64,000 bases of DNA from Candidatus Limnocylindria bacterium (GCA_035632955.1 DASQFU010000048.1:3164-67163); one strand, 5' to 3'; shown: positions 1-10,251, numbered from the stretch's first letter. Notes: a model not told the origin generated them from the sequence alone. A program made the numbers and translations.

Positions 1-113
1 GTTAGGTGTCCGACGCGGTCATGCGCGGCGCTTCTCGCGCCGCATGAGAGGGCGTATCCTCGCCGAATGGGTTAGCAGCGCCGAAGTACCACGGCCGCGA
101 AGGGGAGAGAACG

Positions 114-692
114 ATGTCGAGGCGAAGAGGAATGGTGACGCTGGGGATTCTGTCGGCGACGGCGGTGGTCGCCATGGTGGCCGCCGCGTGCTCCGACTCC
201 TACGTCGACAAGGCCAAATCGAAGACCGCGGCCGCGGCGAGTGCGGCGCCCGCGGCGACGCTCGGGAAGAAAGAAACCGCGAAGTGGACCGCGACCACGT
301 GGGAAGCGGCGAGCGCCGAAGCCAACAAGAAGGTTCTGGAAAGCGGCCGGCCAGCGACCGTGACCGGCGAAGTCGTGGACGTCTCCTGTTACCTCCAGCT
401 CGGCAAGCGCGGGGAAGCGCACGTTCCGTGCGGCAGCAAGTGCATCGCCAACGGGCAGCCGATCGGCATCCTGGAGGACGACGGCGATCTCTATCTGCTG
501 ATGGCCGAGGAGCATCATCCGCGCCGCGACGGCGAGGTGGAGCTGAAGACCGTGTTCTCGCCCTGGCTGGCGAAGACCGTGACCGTGACCGGAATAGCGA
601 CCGAGACGCGCGGCTACAAGGCGCTGTTCGTTCAGGCCGCCGAGCTCGGCGGGACGGTCAAGACTCCGGCGCCCGCGCCGGCGACGAAGTAA
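114..692 (+). CDS. hypothetical lipoprotein (signal peptide + Cys lipobox-like)
   Basis: ATG preceded by GGGGAGAG RBS. N-terminal hydrophobic signal with AAACSD lipobox-like cysteine. Balanced amino-acid composition. Confidence 0.6.
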   Translation: MSRRRGMVTLGILSATAVVAMVAAACSDSYVDKAKSKTAAAASAAPAATLGKKETAKWTATTWEAASAEANKKVLESGRPATVTGEVVDVSCYLQLGKRGEAHVPCGSKCIANGQPIGILEDDGDLYLLMAEEHHPRRDGEVELKTVFSPWLAKTVTVTGIATETRGYKALFVQAAELGGTVKTPAPAPATK

Positions 693-725
693 GAGCCCTC
701 GCGCCGGCTAATTCCCGCGGGCCGG

Positions 726-1166
726 TCAGCGATGACCGCGCCCGCGCGCTCGTCCGGGTTCGTGCCTCACGACCATGACGTCGCCGCGCTTCATTCCCGG
801 CGCACGTAACGGTCGCTTCCAGTGCCTGGCCGGCACGTTGTGGATCGCCTGCGGCACGTAGCGGACCTCGACCGCCCGGAACGGACCGCGGTGATCGCGC
901 GCGCGATACCAGTAGCCGCCCTGATACGCGTACCAGTAGACGCCGTATCGGAACAGATCACAGCGCACGCGGTCGTCCTCGACCACGAACACCGTGCTGC
1001 GCGGCACGACCACACCGCGTGGCTCCTCGGGCATCTCGATCGCGGGTGGAGGCGGCGCGTCGGCGAGGTCGAGACGCACCTCCCGTTGCGCCGCGGTCTT
1101 GGCCGACGCCGGCACAGCAACGACCATCGCGAGCACCAGCCACGAGAAACGAGCGTGTCTCCGCAT
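726..1166 (-). CDS. hypothetical secreted protein (Y/W-rich C-terminal half)
   Basis: ATG with AAGGAG RBS. Classic signal peptide MRRHARFSWLVLAMVVAVPASA. Convergent with the upstream lipoprotein gene. Confidence 0.55.
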   Translation of the reverse strand: MRRHARFSWLVLAMVVAVPASAKTAAQREVRLDLADAPPPPAIEMPEEPRGVVVPRSTVFVVEDDRVRCDLFRYGVYWYAYQGGYWYRARDHRGPFRAVEVRYVPQAIHNVPARHWKRPLRAPGMKRGDVMVVRHEPGRARGRGHR

Positions 1167-1544
1167 CGGTAGGTGTTCTCCTTTCGGGTCCGGACCTCAT
1201 GAGGCATTGACGTGGTCCGCGCGCTCTGGGCGTTCCCGCCCAAACGAAGCGCTTCCCCAGTAAAGAGCACGCGAGATGCCACGCGCGCCCACCGGGTGGG
1301 CGGCGCTAATCCGCTGCGGCGCAGGTCTGTGAAAAACCCCCATTCCTGAACGTTTCATCTTGAGTCGAACTCCGCAGGCGGTATCCGGCGGACGTTGCGG
1401 CGTGAGATTGCAAGATCGGGTGCCGTCCGCGCCGGTCATGCAAAACGGCGCCTTGGGGGCGAATTGGGCTTCGTTCCGTGCCGGCCGATGCTAGCGTTCG
1501 CGGCCCGAGCGACCGGGCAACGACTCTTCTTGGAGGGAAGCACC

Positions 1545-2345
1545 ATGGCGACCATCACGCAGCACGCTCCCGGCACCTTCTGCTGGCCGGAGCTCTCGAC
1601 GTCGGATCAGGCGGCGGCGCGCACGTTCTACACCTCGCTGTTCGGCTGGACCGTCCAGGAGACCCCGATCGGCGAGGGCGAGACGTACACGATGTTGTTC
1701 AGGGCCGATCAGCCAGTGGGCGCGCTGTACCGGGCGAGTGCGGAGGAGCGCGCTCAGGGTGTGCCGCCGCACTGGAACTCCTACGTCGCGGTCGCGAGCG
1801 CGGACGAGGCGGCCGCCAAGGCGAAGCAGCTCGGCGGCAAGATCCTGGTCGAGCCGTTCGACGTCATGGAGCATGGCCGGATGGCAATCATCCAGGATCC
1901 TACCGGCGCGGCTTTCTGCGTCTGGCAGGCGAAGCAGCACATCGGCGCCGGCGTTCTGAACGAGACCGGCTCGCTGTGCTGGACCGAGCTGATGACGACC
2001 GACACCGACAGGGCTGGACAGTTCTATGCGTCGCTGTTCGGATGGAAGGGCGCGTCCATGCCGATCGCAGGCGGACCTTCGGCAGGCTCGCCTTACACCG
2101 TCTTCAACCGGGGCGAACAGATGGCGGGAGGCATGATGCCGATTCCCAAGCAGTCCCCCGGCACGCCATCGAACTGGCTGATCTACTATCAGGTCGAGAA
2201 CTGTGACAAGAGCGCAGCGCGCGCTGCCGAGCTGGGAGCCAAGGTCCAGGTTCCGCCGACCGACATTCCGAACGTCGGGCGTTTCTCCGTCCTTCAGGAT
2301 CCGCAAGGGGCGTACTTCGGAATCCTCGCCTATCCGTCTGCCTGA
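1545..2345 (+). CDS. VOC family protein (glyoxalase/bleomycin-resistance fold), two-domain
   Basis: ORF-track ORF 1395..2345 trimmed to the ATG at 1545 with GGAGGG RBS. Duplicated module 'FGW..ETPIGEG..Y..F / FGWKGASMPI' is typical of tandem VOC domains. Confidence 0.85.
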   Translation: MATITQHAPGTFCWPELSTSDQAAARTFYTSLFGWTVQETPIGEGETYTMLFRADQPVGALYRASAEERAQGVPPHWNSYVAVASADEAAAKAKQLGGKILVEPFDVMEHGRMAIIQDPTGAAFCVWQAKQHIGAGVLNETGSLCWTELMTTDTDRAGQFYASLFGWKGASMPIAGGPSAGSPYTVFNRGEQMAGGMMPIPKQSPGTPSNWLIYYQVENCDKSAARAAELGAKVQVPPTDIPNVGRFSVLQDPQGAYFGILAYPSA

Positions 2346-2472
2346 AGATCGCGACCAGCGACGAGCCCCTGGGAGATTCCCCGGGGGCTTCGTCTATTCT
2401 CCCGAGCGATGACGATCCCACGACCTCATTCGGATCGGAGGCGCGCATGACGTTTGGGCTCGCGGTGGCCAC

Positions 2473-3531
2473 GTGAGCGCGCTCGGCAAGCTCTCGCCCG
2501 CCGCGTTCGAGCGGTTGATCGCGCCGCATCTCGGCGCTGCCCGACCCGAGGTGTTGGTCGGGCCCAAGCCGGGCATGGACAGCGCGATCGTCCGCATCGG
2601 CGCCGGCCGCGTGCTCGCGATCACGACCGACCCGCTCTCGATCGTCCCGGCACTCGGGCTCGAGGATTCCGCGCGCCTCGCGTGTCATCTGCTCGCCTCC
2701 GACTTGTGGACGAGCGGCATTCCGCCGGCCTACGCGAGCGTGTGCCTGAACCTTCCGCCGGCGTTGCCGGACGCCGAGCTGGAACGCTACGTGAAGGCGC
2801 TCGGCGCCGAATGGCAGCGACTCGGCGTCGCGGTCATCGCCGGGCATACCGGCCGCTACCCTGGCGGTGACTCCTCGATCGTCGGCGCCGCGACCTTGAT
2901 CGGCGTCGGTGACGAAGGCCGCCACGTCACGTCCGCAATGGCCGCTCCCGGCGATCGCGTGATCGTCACCAAGGGATGCGCGATCGAGGCCACGGCGATC
3001 GCGGCGCGGATGTTCCCGGGGCGGCTCGCCCAGTGGCTGGACGAAGCGGGGCTCGAGCGTGCGCGGGCACTGCTCGCGCGTGTGAGCGTCGTCGATGACT
3101 GCCGGATACTGCTGGCGCTCGGCGTTCGCGATCGCGGCGTGACCGGGCTGCACGACGCGACCGAAAGCGGCGTGCTCGGCGGGCTGCTCGAGCTGGCGCG
3201 CGCCTCGGGACACGACGTGAGAGTGGAGCGCGCGAAGGTTCCGCTCGCACCGGAAGCCGAGGCGGCGTGCCAGGCGTTCGGCGGGATCGACCCTTACTGG
3301 ACACTGAGCGAGGGCACCCTGATCGCAACCGTCCGCCCTGAGCGCAGCGCCGAGGCACTCGCGGCACTCGCCGAAGCCGGAATCGTGGCGGCCGAGGTGG
3401 GAGACGTGATGCGCGGCGCAGGGGTCTTGTGGCTGACCGAGCCCGACGGGCGTGTGACGCCGATTCGGGAGCCGGAGCCGGACCCCTACTGGGACGCTTA
3501 CGCGCGCGCGCTGCGGGAAGGCTGGAGCTAG
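2473..3531 (+). CDS. AIR synthase-related (PurM-superfamily, HypE/ThiL-like) protein
   Basis: GTG start. N-domain motif 'GMDSAIVRIG' and C-domain 'GLHDATESGVLGGL' are typical of PurM-like ATP-dependent enzymes. Confidence 0.75.
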   Translation: MSALGKLSPAAFERLIAPHLGAARPEVLVGPKPGMDSAIVRIGAGRVLAITTDPLSIVPALGLEDSARLACHLLASDLWTSGIPPAYASVCLNLPPALPDAELERYVKALGAEWQRLGVAVIAGHTGRYPGGDSSIVGAATLIGVGDEGRHVTSAMAAPGDRVIVTKGCAIEATAIAARMFPGRLAQWLDEAGLERARALLARVSVVDDCRILLALGVRDRGVTGLHDATESGVLGGLLELARASGHDVRVERAKVPLAPEAEAACQAFGGIDPYWTLSEGTLIATVRPERSAEALAALAEAGIVAAEVGDVMRGAGVLWLTEPDGRVTPIREPEPDPYWDAYARALREGWS

Positions 3532-5816
3532 AAGTAGTACGGAGTTTTCCGCGCCCACTCGCTGTCCGGGTAGCGGCGATGCAGGAGCTGGAACGCCGCG
3601 CGCGACTGGGCGGTCGTGCGCGAATCGTGGCAGCCGTAGCGGGTCGATTGCACCGCGAGATGGAGCGCGCGCGGCACCCTCGGGTCATCGCGATGGTCGC
3701 GCCCCCACGCCACGACCTGCCGGCACAGGAAGCTCGGACCCGATTCCACGTCCGCCAACCGCGTCACTTCCTCCCGCGCCTGTTCCCGCTCGCCTTCCGT
3801 GAGCCAGGCGGTATCCGAGAGCGAATCGTGCAGCACGGCGTAGCGGCGGATCCCGAACACGTCGTGCGCCGAGAGGCCAGCGTCCTCGTCATTCGACGAA
3901 GCGGCGCACCACCAGTTGTCCCGGTACGGATCCATGCGGTCGATCGAAACCAGCCGCCCAACCCCCTCGGCGACCGAAGGCTTGGCGCCGGGGAAGTCGA
4001 GCATCAGAAGCGCCGCCTCGAACCGCCGGGCGGCCGGTTCCGCGACCGAGCGGTAGCGCTCGAGCCGCGAACGCGTCTGCGGCAGGAGCGTCTCGACCGC
4101 GGGCGCGAGAGCGAGCGCCGCTTCGTCCCGATCGAGCAGGACCGCCCGCACCCAAGCGGCCAGGGCGACTTCGGCGCGCAAGTGCCTCGGCCAGCCCTCG
4201 CGGGTCGCGATCCTGGTCAGCGTCGCCAACGATAGGTTGCGGTTGAGCACCGTTGCCGCATCGGCGTCCAAGAGCTCCGGGCCCGCAAAAGCGCGCTCGA
4301 TGCCATGGAGGCTCGTGTCCGGAGTCGCGTCGTTCGTCGCCCAACCGGCGCCGACCCCCGCGGGCAAGCGCGGCGCGAAGTCGAGAAACTCCTCCAGGCT
4401 CCGGACCAGCTTCAGGCGCTGGGCGAGCAGCAGATTGAGCCCCGAGCTCGACCACGGCGAGCGAGCAGCAGCGAGCGACATCGAACGATCAGCGGTCAGC
4501 AACCGATCCAGAACGGCGCGCGCCTCGTCACGCTGCCCACGCTCGGCCAGCAGGCGCACGCGATGGAACTGGAGCGTCGCGAACGCCGGCGACCTCTCCT
4601 TCACGTTCGCGCACGCCCGGAGCACCGCCTCGGCGTCGTCCTCGATGCCGCGAACGTGACGCGCGGCGGCCACGAGCCACGGCAACGAGCGGCTGTTTCG
4701 CCACCGCTCGAGCGCATGCCGCCGAGCACCGGGCCCGCTGCCCTGGAACGTCAGCATCCAATCCGCGAGATCGTAGTCCCGACTCTTGGCCGCCAGCGAT
4801 TCCGCAAGGGACGGGCGCACGCGATCGAGGAGCAGCGTGAAATCGACGACGTCCTGGCGGAATGATTCCGCCGGGCGCGCAGCCGTCAGCCCCCGGCACA
4901 ACTCGCGCAAGCGCTCGGCCGGGCGCAGGCGAAAACCGATGAACCCGATCAGGCGCCGGGTGTCGGCATGGCTCTCGCGCAGGGCGGGATCGGCGAGCAC
5001 CCGCTGTGCCTGGGCCTCGGCGGCGGCCAGCGCTGTGGTGTCGATGCCGCGCCACGCCGGAATCAGCGTGCCCTTACGCGTGAGCGCGCGTGCCACGAGA
5101 TAGGGCGCGAGCCGGCGCCACGGCGAGCCCTGGTCGCGCGCGATCTCGGAGAACCGGCGCGCGGCCTCGTCGAGCTCCCCGAGATAGAAGTGCGCAGCGG
5201 CGATCTGGTAGGCGCGATCCGCTTGCAGCAGCGCCGGCGCTCCGGCCGGGGCGGGCTCGGGCATCAAGCCTGGAGCCGAGCATTTTGCGAGCACGCGATC
5301 CTGGGCCCGGAGCCAATCCGCGAACCAAAGACTCTCGGGACCGAAGCGCTGGGCGCGGTCGGTCATGGTCGCGGCCGCGACCACCAGCGCGTGTCGCTGG
5401 CAGTTCGTGTAGTCGAAGGACTGGCCGCTCTCGGCGTCCGATACCGATCGGTAGACACCGAACCCGACCGCCGAATCGGCGCCCGGATACTGGCGCCGCA
5501 GCTCGACCCATTGCCAGTAGCTCGCTTCTTCGCTCATGGCGTTCGCGTTCGAGTCGGGAAGGCCGAGCGCCGCCCGCTGCGCCGAACGATCGAGACTCAG
5601 CCCGCGCAGACGCCGATAGGCGATCGCGAGGTAGCGTTGGCGGTAGGTCGGATGCAGCACGCCCAGCCGGCCGGCCGCGAACGCTTCAGGCGCGTCCGGT
5701 TGCTGCTCGAGCGTGAAGACCGCGTACGGAAGATCGGGACCGCAGCCGTCGGTCGCATGAGGGATGACCGTGCCCGCGAAGGCGAGTGCCAGTGCGAAGA
5801 CCGCGCGCACGTTCAC
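3528..5816 (-). CDS. large hypothetical secreted protein
   Basis: ORF 3528..6086 trimmed to the GTG at 5816, which overlaps the stop of the upstream gene (GTGA coupling) and precedes signal peptide VNVRAVFALALAFAGTVIPHA. No recognisable catalytic motif. Confidence 0.55.
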   Translation of the reverse strand: MNVRAVFALALAFAGTVIPHATDGCGPDLPYAVFTLEQQPDAPEAFAAGRLGVLHPTYRQRYLAIAYRRLRGLSLDRSAQRAALGLPDSNANAMSEEASYWQWVELRRQYPGADSAVGFGVYRSVSDAESGQSFDYTNCQRHALVVAAATMTDRAQRFGPESLWFADWLRAQDRVLAKCSAPGLMPEPAPAGAPALLQADRAYQIAAAHFYLGELDEAARRFSEIARDQGSPWRRLAPYLVARALTRKGTLIPAWRGIDTTALAAAEAQAQRVLADPALRESHADTRRLIGFIGFRLRPAERLRELCRGLTAARPAESFRQDVVDFTLLLDRVRPSLAESLAAKSRDYDLADWMLTFQGSGPGARRHALERWRNSRSLPWLVAAARHVRGIEDDAEAVLRACANVKERSPAFATLQFHRVRLLAERGQRDEARAVLDRLLTADRSMSLAAARSPWSSSGLNLLLAQRLKLVRSLEEFLDFAPRLPAGVGAGWATNDATPDTSLHGIERAFAGPELLDADAATVLNRNLSLATLTRIATREGWPRHLRAEVALAAWVRAVLLDRDEAALALAPAVETLLPQTRSRLERYRSVAEPAARRFEAALLMLDFPGAKPSVAEGVGRLVSIDRMDPYRDNWWCAASSNDEDAGLSAHDVFGIRRYAVLHDSLSDTAWLTEGEREQAREEVTRLADVESGPSFLCRQVVAWGRDHRDDPRVPRALHLAVQSTRYGCHDSRTTAQSRAAFQLLHRRYPDSEWARKTPYYF

Positions 5817-6604
5817 CGCGGGTTCCGGGCGAGCGCTTGCTGTAGCTGCATCGCCGCTTCGGTCCATCGTCCCGGGTGGAAGACGTAGCGGCGCTGTATG
5901 CCCGCGATCCGGGGCGCGGGCTCGTCGGTCGCGATGCCGACGCTGCCCCGGCAGAGGCGGCAGGAAAACCCCTTGCCGGCCGCGAGATCGGCGCGAATCC
6001 GGTGCTGGTCCGCGCCCATCCGGAACACCATCGGCACGGCTTCGTCCACCGGGAGATCGGCGAGCCAGGGGTCGCCGAGGCACCACGAAGCGAGCGCCGT
6101 CATGGACAGCGCGACCGTGTCGGGGAGCGCCGCTCGCAGTTCGGCGAGCAGGTCGCGGTAGAAGGGACGCTGCGAGTGCGTGGCGTCGAAGTCGACCTGG
6201 ACCGCAATCACGCCCGGCCGGTGCGCGAGCGACGCCAGCTCAAGGACCGCGCGCCGGCGTTGCGCCAGATCCAACTCGGGCGGTGCATCACGGCGCGTCT
6301 CGATCCTGCCGACCGCAACCAGCCGCGTGCCGGCCGGGACTCGCAGGGGCTGAAATCGCGGCCGCACCGAGACGCGATCTCCGCCGAGCTCGATCGTGCG
6401 CGCGAGATAGGCCACGCCGACTCGGGCCGGATCGATTGCGCGCAGGTCCTGCGGCTGCTCCCAGGCCCACAGGACGAGCGGCGGAATGCGCTCCGCCGGC
6501 AGCGGAAGGGAGACGGCCGGTGTCGGTTTGGCATGCGTGCTCGATGCGAGCGCCGGCAACGTGACCACCGCGAGTGCCAGCGCGCACGCAAGGCGACGAA
6601 ACAT
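5813..6604 (-). CDS. hypothetical secreted protein
   Basis: Signal peptide MFRRLACALALAVVTLPALASS. Translationally coupled to the downstream large secreted protein. Confidence 0.6.
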   Translation of the reverse strand: MFRRLACALALAVVTLPALASSTHAKPTPAVSLPLPAERIPPLVLWAWEQPQDLRAIDPARVGVAYLARTIELGGDRVSVRPRFQPLRVPAGTRLVAVGRIETRRDAPPELDLAQRRRAVLELASLAHRPGVIAVQVDFDATHSQRPFYRDLLAELRAALPDTVALSMTALASWCLGDPWLADLPVDEAVPMVFRMGADQHRIRADLAAGKGFSCRLCRGSVGIATDEPAPRIAGIQRRYVFHPGRWTEAAMQLQQALARNPR

Positions 6605-6614
6605 GCCGGCAGTT

Positions 6615-6694
6615 TAGTGTTCCGAGTCAGAAGTCATACACCTATTCCGGCGGCCCTCGCCGGCATTGGCACCTGATTTCTGACTCGGAACACT
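6615..6694. repeat. perfect 18-bp inverted repeat (TAGTGTTCCGAGTCAGAA ... TTCTGACTCGGAACACTA) with ~44-nt spacer
   Basis: Read directly from sequence. The arms are exact reverse complements. Lies in an intergenic region with locally lower GC. Confidence 0.8.
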
Positions 6695-6811
6695 AGCGGT
6701 CGGCCCGCGTGGGAAAAAGGTGACGGCGGGGGTCGTCGCCACCCCCGCCGTCGAGTGCTCCCGGAAGTGATCGGGGCCGGGAGGCTTGAGGCTCGTGTGC
6801 CCGAAACCGGG

Positions 6812-7393
6812 CTAGAACTTGATGGCCAAACCCAACGAAGTGCTCCAGTAGTCAGGATCGAACTCGTTTGGAGGGAGCTGGCTGGTTTCCTGTTCCAGGA
6901 AGATGTAGCGGCCGTTCAGATCGAGCCCGACCATCGGTGCAAGCGGGACGGCGAAGCCGCCGCCCAGGTGCACGCCGAACTTCTGCGAGGTCTCGTCCGA
7001 GAACGGGAGCGAATCGTCGTAGTCGAGCGTGGTGTGGTACCAGCCGACGCCGCCGCCCGCATAGAGCACGGGCACCGGAGCCAGCCACAACGATGCGGTC
7101 ACCGGCCACATCCGCACTTTGAGGTTGTCGTTGAACCTCGATTCGGAGCGGTAGGCGGCGCCGATCTCGGTCTTGAGGAACGGAAGCAGATTGCCGCGGA
7201 ACGCGAGGCCGCCGAAAACCTTGGCCTCGTCGCCGTCGCTGTCCACGGTCTTCGTGATTCCGATCGAAGGGATGATCTCGCCCGCGCGAACCACCTGCGC
7301 GGCCAGCAACAGCATGCCCATGAGCAGCGCGGCACCGATCAAGGCTCGGTCCAGCGCACGCATTGAGGGAACGCCTGTCAAAGTCGTCTTCAC
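6812..7393 (-). CDS. outer-membrane beta-barrel (OmpA-like/porin family) protein
   Basis: GTG start with AGGAGG RBS. Signal peptide present. Alternating amphipathic strands. C-terminal Phe (..GLAIKF). Confidence 0.7.
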   Translation of the reverse strand: MKTTLTGVPSMRALDRALIGAALLMGMLLLAAQVVRAGEIIPSIGITKTVDSDGDEAKVFGGLAFRGNLLPFLKTEIGAAYRSESRFNDNLKVRMWPVTASLWLAPVPVLYAGGGVGWYHTTLDYDDSLPFSDETSQKFGVHLGGGFAVPLAPMVGLDLNGRYIFLEQETSQLPPNEFDPDYWSTSLGLAIKF

Positions 7394-7602
7394 GGGGTGC
7401 CTCCTGGGAAGTGACCCGAACGTGGGTCAACCAATTCTCATAACAAGCCGCATGCCCGGACACCGGCAGATGGAGTTGCAAGCAGTTACGGCGGCGAAGC
7501 GCTGAAAATGCCGGTTATCCGACCGCCGTGGTTGTAAGTCCGGGATCGAGGGAATGAACGAAGTGCCGCCGTCAGTTCATTTAGCCGGGTGCAACCAAGC
7601 GG

Positions 7603-8151
7603 CTACCGCGACCAGCCGAGGGAGTAGACGACGGGATAGTGGGCTTGCTGGCCGTTGGCCCGGGAGTGAAGCGGCCACCGGATCGAAAGCTCCAGCACGC
7701 CGAGCCTCCGGATCGCACGTCCCAGGACGAGAAGTCCAAGCATGTCCGTGCGCCCGAGGTTTCCTTCTTCCTCGATCCGCCCTTCCCACTTCTCGGCTTC
7801 CTCGCGCTGATAATCGATGCCGGCTCGACCGCTCCATTGCCCCCCGATTCCACGGCCATAGGTGGTCGACAGGTGGTAGCGGTGGCCGCCGCGCAGGCCG
7901 TGGCGATTCTCGACGAGGCTCAGGCGCACCCGTGCCGTCGCGCCCGCCACGCCGCCGGCGACGTCACGAGCGATCCCCGCTCCGAGCACGGGATCCCATG
8001 TACCGCTCCCGAACTGCACGTGTTGGTGGCGCAGCCCGCGCCGCCCGAGCTCGAACGGATTCACCTCGGTGTCGCCCAAGGGAATCGAAACGCCGGCGCG
8101 CGCGCCGAACGTCCAGGCGCCGGCCGAGCGTGCGGCCTGGAGCGAAAGCAA
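7603..8151 (-). CDS. hypothetical protein (possible truncated outer-membrane protein)
   Basis: TTG-start ORF with G/R-rich beta-like composition and no clear signal peptide. Weak call. Confidence 0.3.
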   Translation of the reverse strand: MLSLQAARSAGAWTFGARAGVSIPLGDTEVNPFELGRRGLRHQHVQFGSGTWDPVLGAGIARDVAGGVAGATARVRLSLVENRHGLRGGHRYHLSTTYGRGIGGQWSGRAGIDYQREEAEKWEGRIEEEGNLGRTDMLGLLVLGRAIRRLGVLELSIRWPLHSRANGQQAHYPVVYSLGWSR

Positions 8152-8497
8152 TGGATCGCCGAAACCGCTCAGCGTTTCGTTACGGTGATGGATGTCTGGA
8201 GCGACCGGCTGGTTCGGATTCGTTCAGCCCGCTCAGCCGGGCTCGGCCAGCGCGGGCCGCACCATTGCGAACCACAGCGCTTCGAGGGCCAGCAGCAGCG
8301 CCACGCGAGCCCAAATGCCTCGCCGCGATGAGAGCCATGGCGGCGGTCCGATCGACAAATTTCCCCGTACGTATGGGTCCGTTCTCATGCCAAGCAACAA
8401 TGGACGCGGGTCGTCGGCTGCGCAACTTTGGGTTGGACCGGTAGTCCCCGACATCGATACTGTCCCGGATTCCGCGTCCGACCACCGGAGAACCCGA

Positions 8498-10237
8498 ATG
8501 CGTATCGCCGCCATCGACATCGGCACCAACTCGATCCACATGGTGATCGCCCAGGCGACCACGATGGGCGCGTTCGACGTCGTGGATCGCGAGCGCGAGG
8601 TGGTGCAGATCGGCCGCGGATCGTTCACCGGCGGCCGGTTGCGCGCCGAAGCGATCCGCCGCACGGTGGAGGCGCTCGCGCGTTACGTCCAGCTCGCCCG
8701 GCGCCATCAGGTGGACAAGATCCTGTGCACGGCCACGGCGGCGGTGCGCGAGGCGAGGAACGGCGGCGAGTTCCTGACGGCCGCCTACGAGGCCTCCGGG
8801 ATCGCGCCGCGCGTCATTCCGGTCGAGGAGGAGGGGCGTCTCATCTATCTCGCCGTCAAGGCGGCGCTCGGTCTCGAGGAGGCGCCGTCGCTGATCGTCG
8901 ACATCGGCGGTGGCAGCATGCAGCTCGTGGTCGGCACCCGCGAAAAACTCCTGCTCGCCTCGGGAGCACCGCTCGGGGCGCTGCGGCTGACCGAAACACT
9001 GCTCGAGAACGACCCTCCCGGGCGCCGCGAGCTGCAGGTCCTGCAGCGCACGATCCAGAAGCAGTCGCGAGAGCTGCTCCAGCGCGTGAAGGAACACGAG
9101 CCCGTGCGCGTGTATGGATCGTCGGGGTCGATTCACGCGCTCGCGCACATCGCGCACTGGGCGAAGAACGCCCAACCGATCGCGAACATCAACGGTCACC
9201 TGCTGTCGGTGGATGCGCTCAAGGACGTGACCCGGAAATTGAGCCGCATGACGGTGGCGGAGCGCGAGCGGCTGCCGGGGATCGATGCGCAGCGCGCGGG
9301 GATCATCCTTCCCGGAGCGCTGGTGCTCTCGCATGTGCTCGAGGAGATGGAAGCCGAAGGGATCACGATCTCCGACTTCGGAGTGCGCGAGGGGCTGGTC
9401 ACCGACTACATCAACGTCCACGCCGAGGAGATCTCGGAGTTCGAGGACGTGGAAGACCTGCGGGTGCGGAGCGTGCTGGCCCTGCTGAAGAAGTTCGACG
9501 GCGACGGCCAGCATCCGCGCCACGTGGCGAAGCTGGCGCTCGCGCTCTTCGATCAGCTGCGGACCGTTCACGAGCTACCGCCGGCCGCGCGCGACGTGCT
9601 GCATTTCGCGGCGCTGCTCCATGACGTCGGCGCGGTGATCGGCTACGACGGCCACGCCGAGCACTCGTACTACGTCATCAAGCACGGCAATCTGCGCGGG
9701 CTGAGCCCGGAGGATCTGGAGCTGGTCGCGAACGTGGCGCGCTATCACAGCAAGGCGCGGCCGCGAAAGCGTCACGCGGATTTTCGGGGTCTCGACAAGA
9801 CGCAACAGCGCACGGCGCGGTGGTTGGCCGCGTTGCTGCGGATCGCCGAAGGGTTGGACCGCAGCCACTACCAGTTGATTCGTGGTTTGCGCGTCGTACG
9901 CCGCGATCATCGCGTCTCGATCCTGGTCACCGCGCGCCGAGGCCGCGAGGCGCAACTCGAAATCTGGGCTTCGCGCCGCCGCACGGATCTGCTGAGCCGG
10001 GTGCTCGGTGGCAAGGGCGGCAAGACGCGCGTGCGCGTCGCGCTCGACACCGCGGCCGGACAGTCCGCCACCGGGAGAGCCGCGACGGCGCTGCCGCCGT
10101 CCGCCGGCGCCAAGCCCGGGCCGGCGACAAGGACGGCCGCGGTCGCAGGTAAGTCGGAACCCGGGAACGCGAAGCCGGCGGCGAAGGAGTCGGCCGCAAA
10201 ACCGGCGGCCCGGCTCAAGGTCGTTCCGAAGCGCTGA
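8498..10237 (+). CDS. ppx: exopolyphosphatase / guanosine pentaphosphate phosphohydrolase (Ppx/GppA family) with Lys/Ala-rich C-terminal tail
   Basis: ATG at 8498 with GGAG RBS. N-terminal 'IAAIDIGTNSIHMVIA' actin-like ATPase motif of Ppx/GppA. HD-like C-domain. The last ~75 aa are low-complexity AK/P-rich. Confidence 0.9.
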   Translation: MRIAAIDIGTNSIHMVIAQATTMGAFDVVDREREVVQIGRGSFTGGRLRAEAIRRTVEALARYVQLARRHQVDKILCTATAAVREARNGGEFLTAAYEASGIAPRVIPVEEEGRLIYLAVKAALGLEEAPSLIVDIGGGSMQLVVGTREKLLLASGAPLGALRLTETLLENDPPGRRELQVLQRTIQKQSRELLQRVKEHEPVRVYGSSGSIHALAHIAHWAKNAQPIANINGHLLSVDALKDVTRKLSRMTVAERERLPGIDAQRAGIILPGALVLSHVLEEMEAEGITISDFGVREGLVTDYINVHAEEISEFEDVEDLRVRSVLALLKKFDGDGQHPRHVAKLALALFDQLRTVHELPPAARDVLHFAALLHDVGAVIGYDGHAEHSYYVIKHGNLRGLSPEDLELVANVARYHSKARPRKRHADFRGLDKTQQRTARWLAALLRIAEGLDRSHYQLIRGLRVVRRDHRVSILVTARRGREAQLEIWASRRRTDLLSRVLGGKGGKTRVRVALDTAAGQSATGRAATALPPSAGAKPGPATRTAAVAGKSEPGNAKPAAKESAAKPAARLKVVPKR

Positions 10238-10251
10238 CCTGGTTCTGGGCG

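Noticed and set aside
44-778. 244-aa plus-strand ORF overlapping the lipoprotein gene
   Set aside because: R/G/D-rich low-complexity translation of an alternative frame. The 114..692 frame has an RBS, signal peptide and normal composition.
1287-1301. 7-1-7 palindrome GCCCACC-G-GGTGGGC in the divergent promoter region
   Set aside because: Short GC palindromes of this size are common by chance in 70% GC DNA. No second copy was noticed.
2104-3558. 484-aa minus-strand ORF
   Set aside because: Antisense to the VOC and PurM-like genes. R-rich junk composition.
8180-9571. 463-aa minus-strand ORF
   Set aside because: Antisense to the well-supported Ppx/GppA gene. Arg/His-rich with no motifs.
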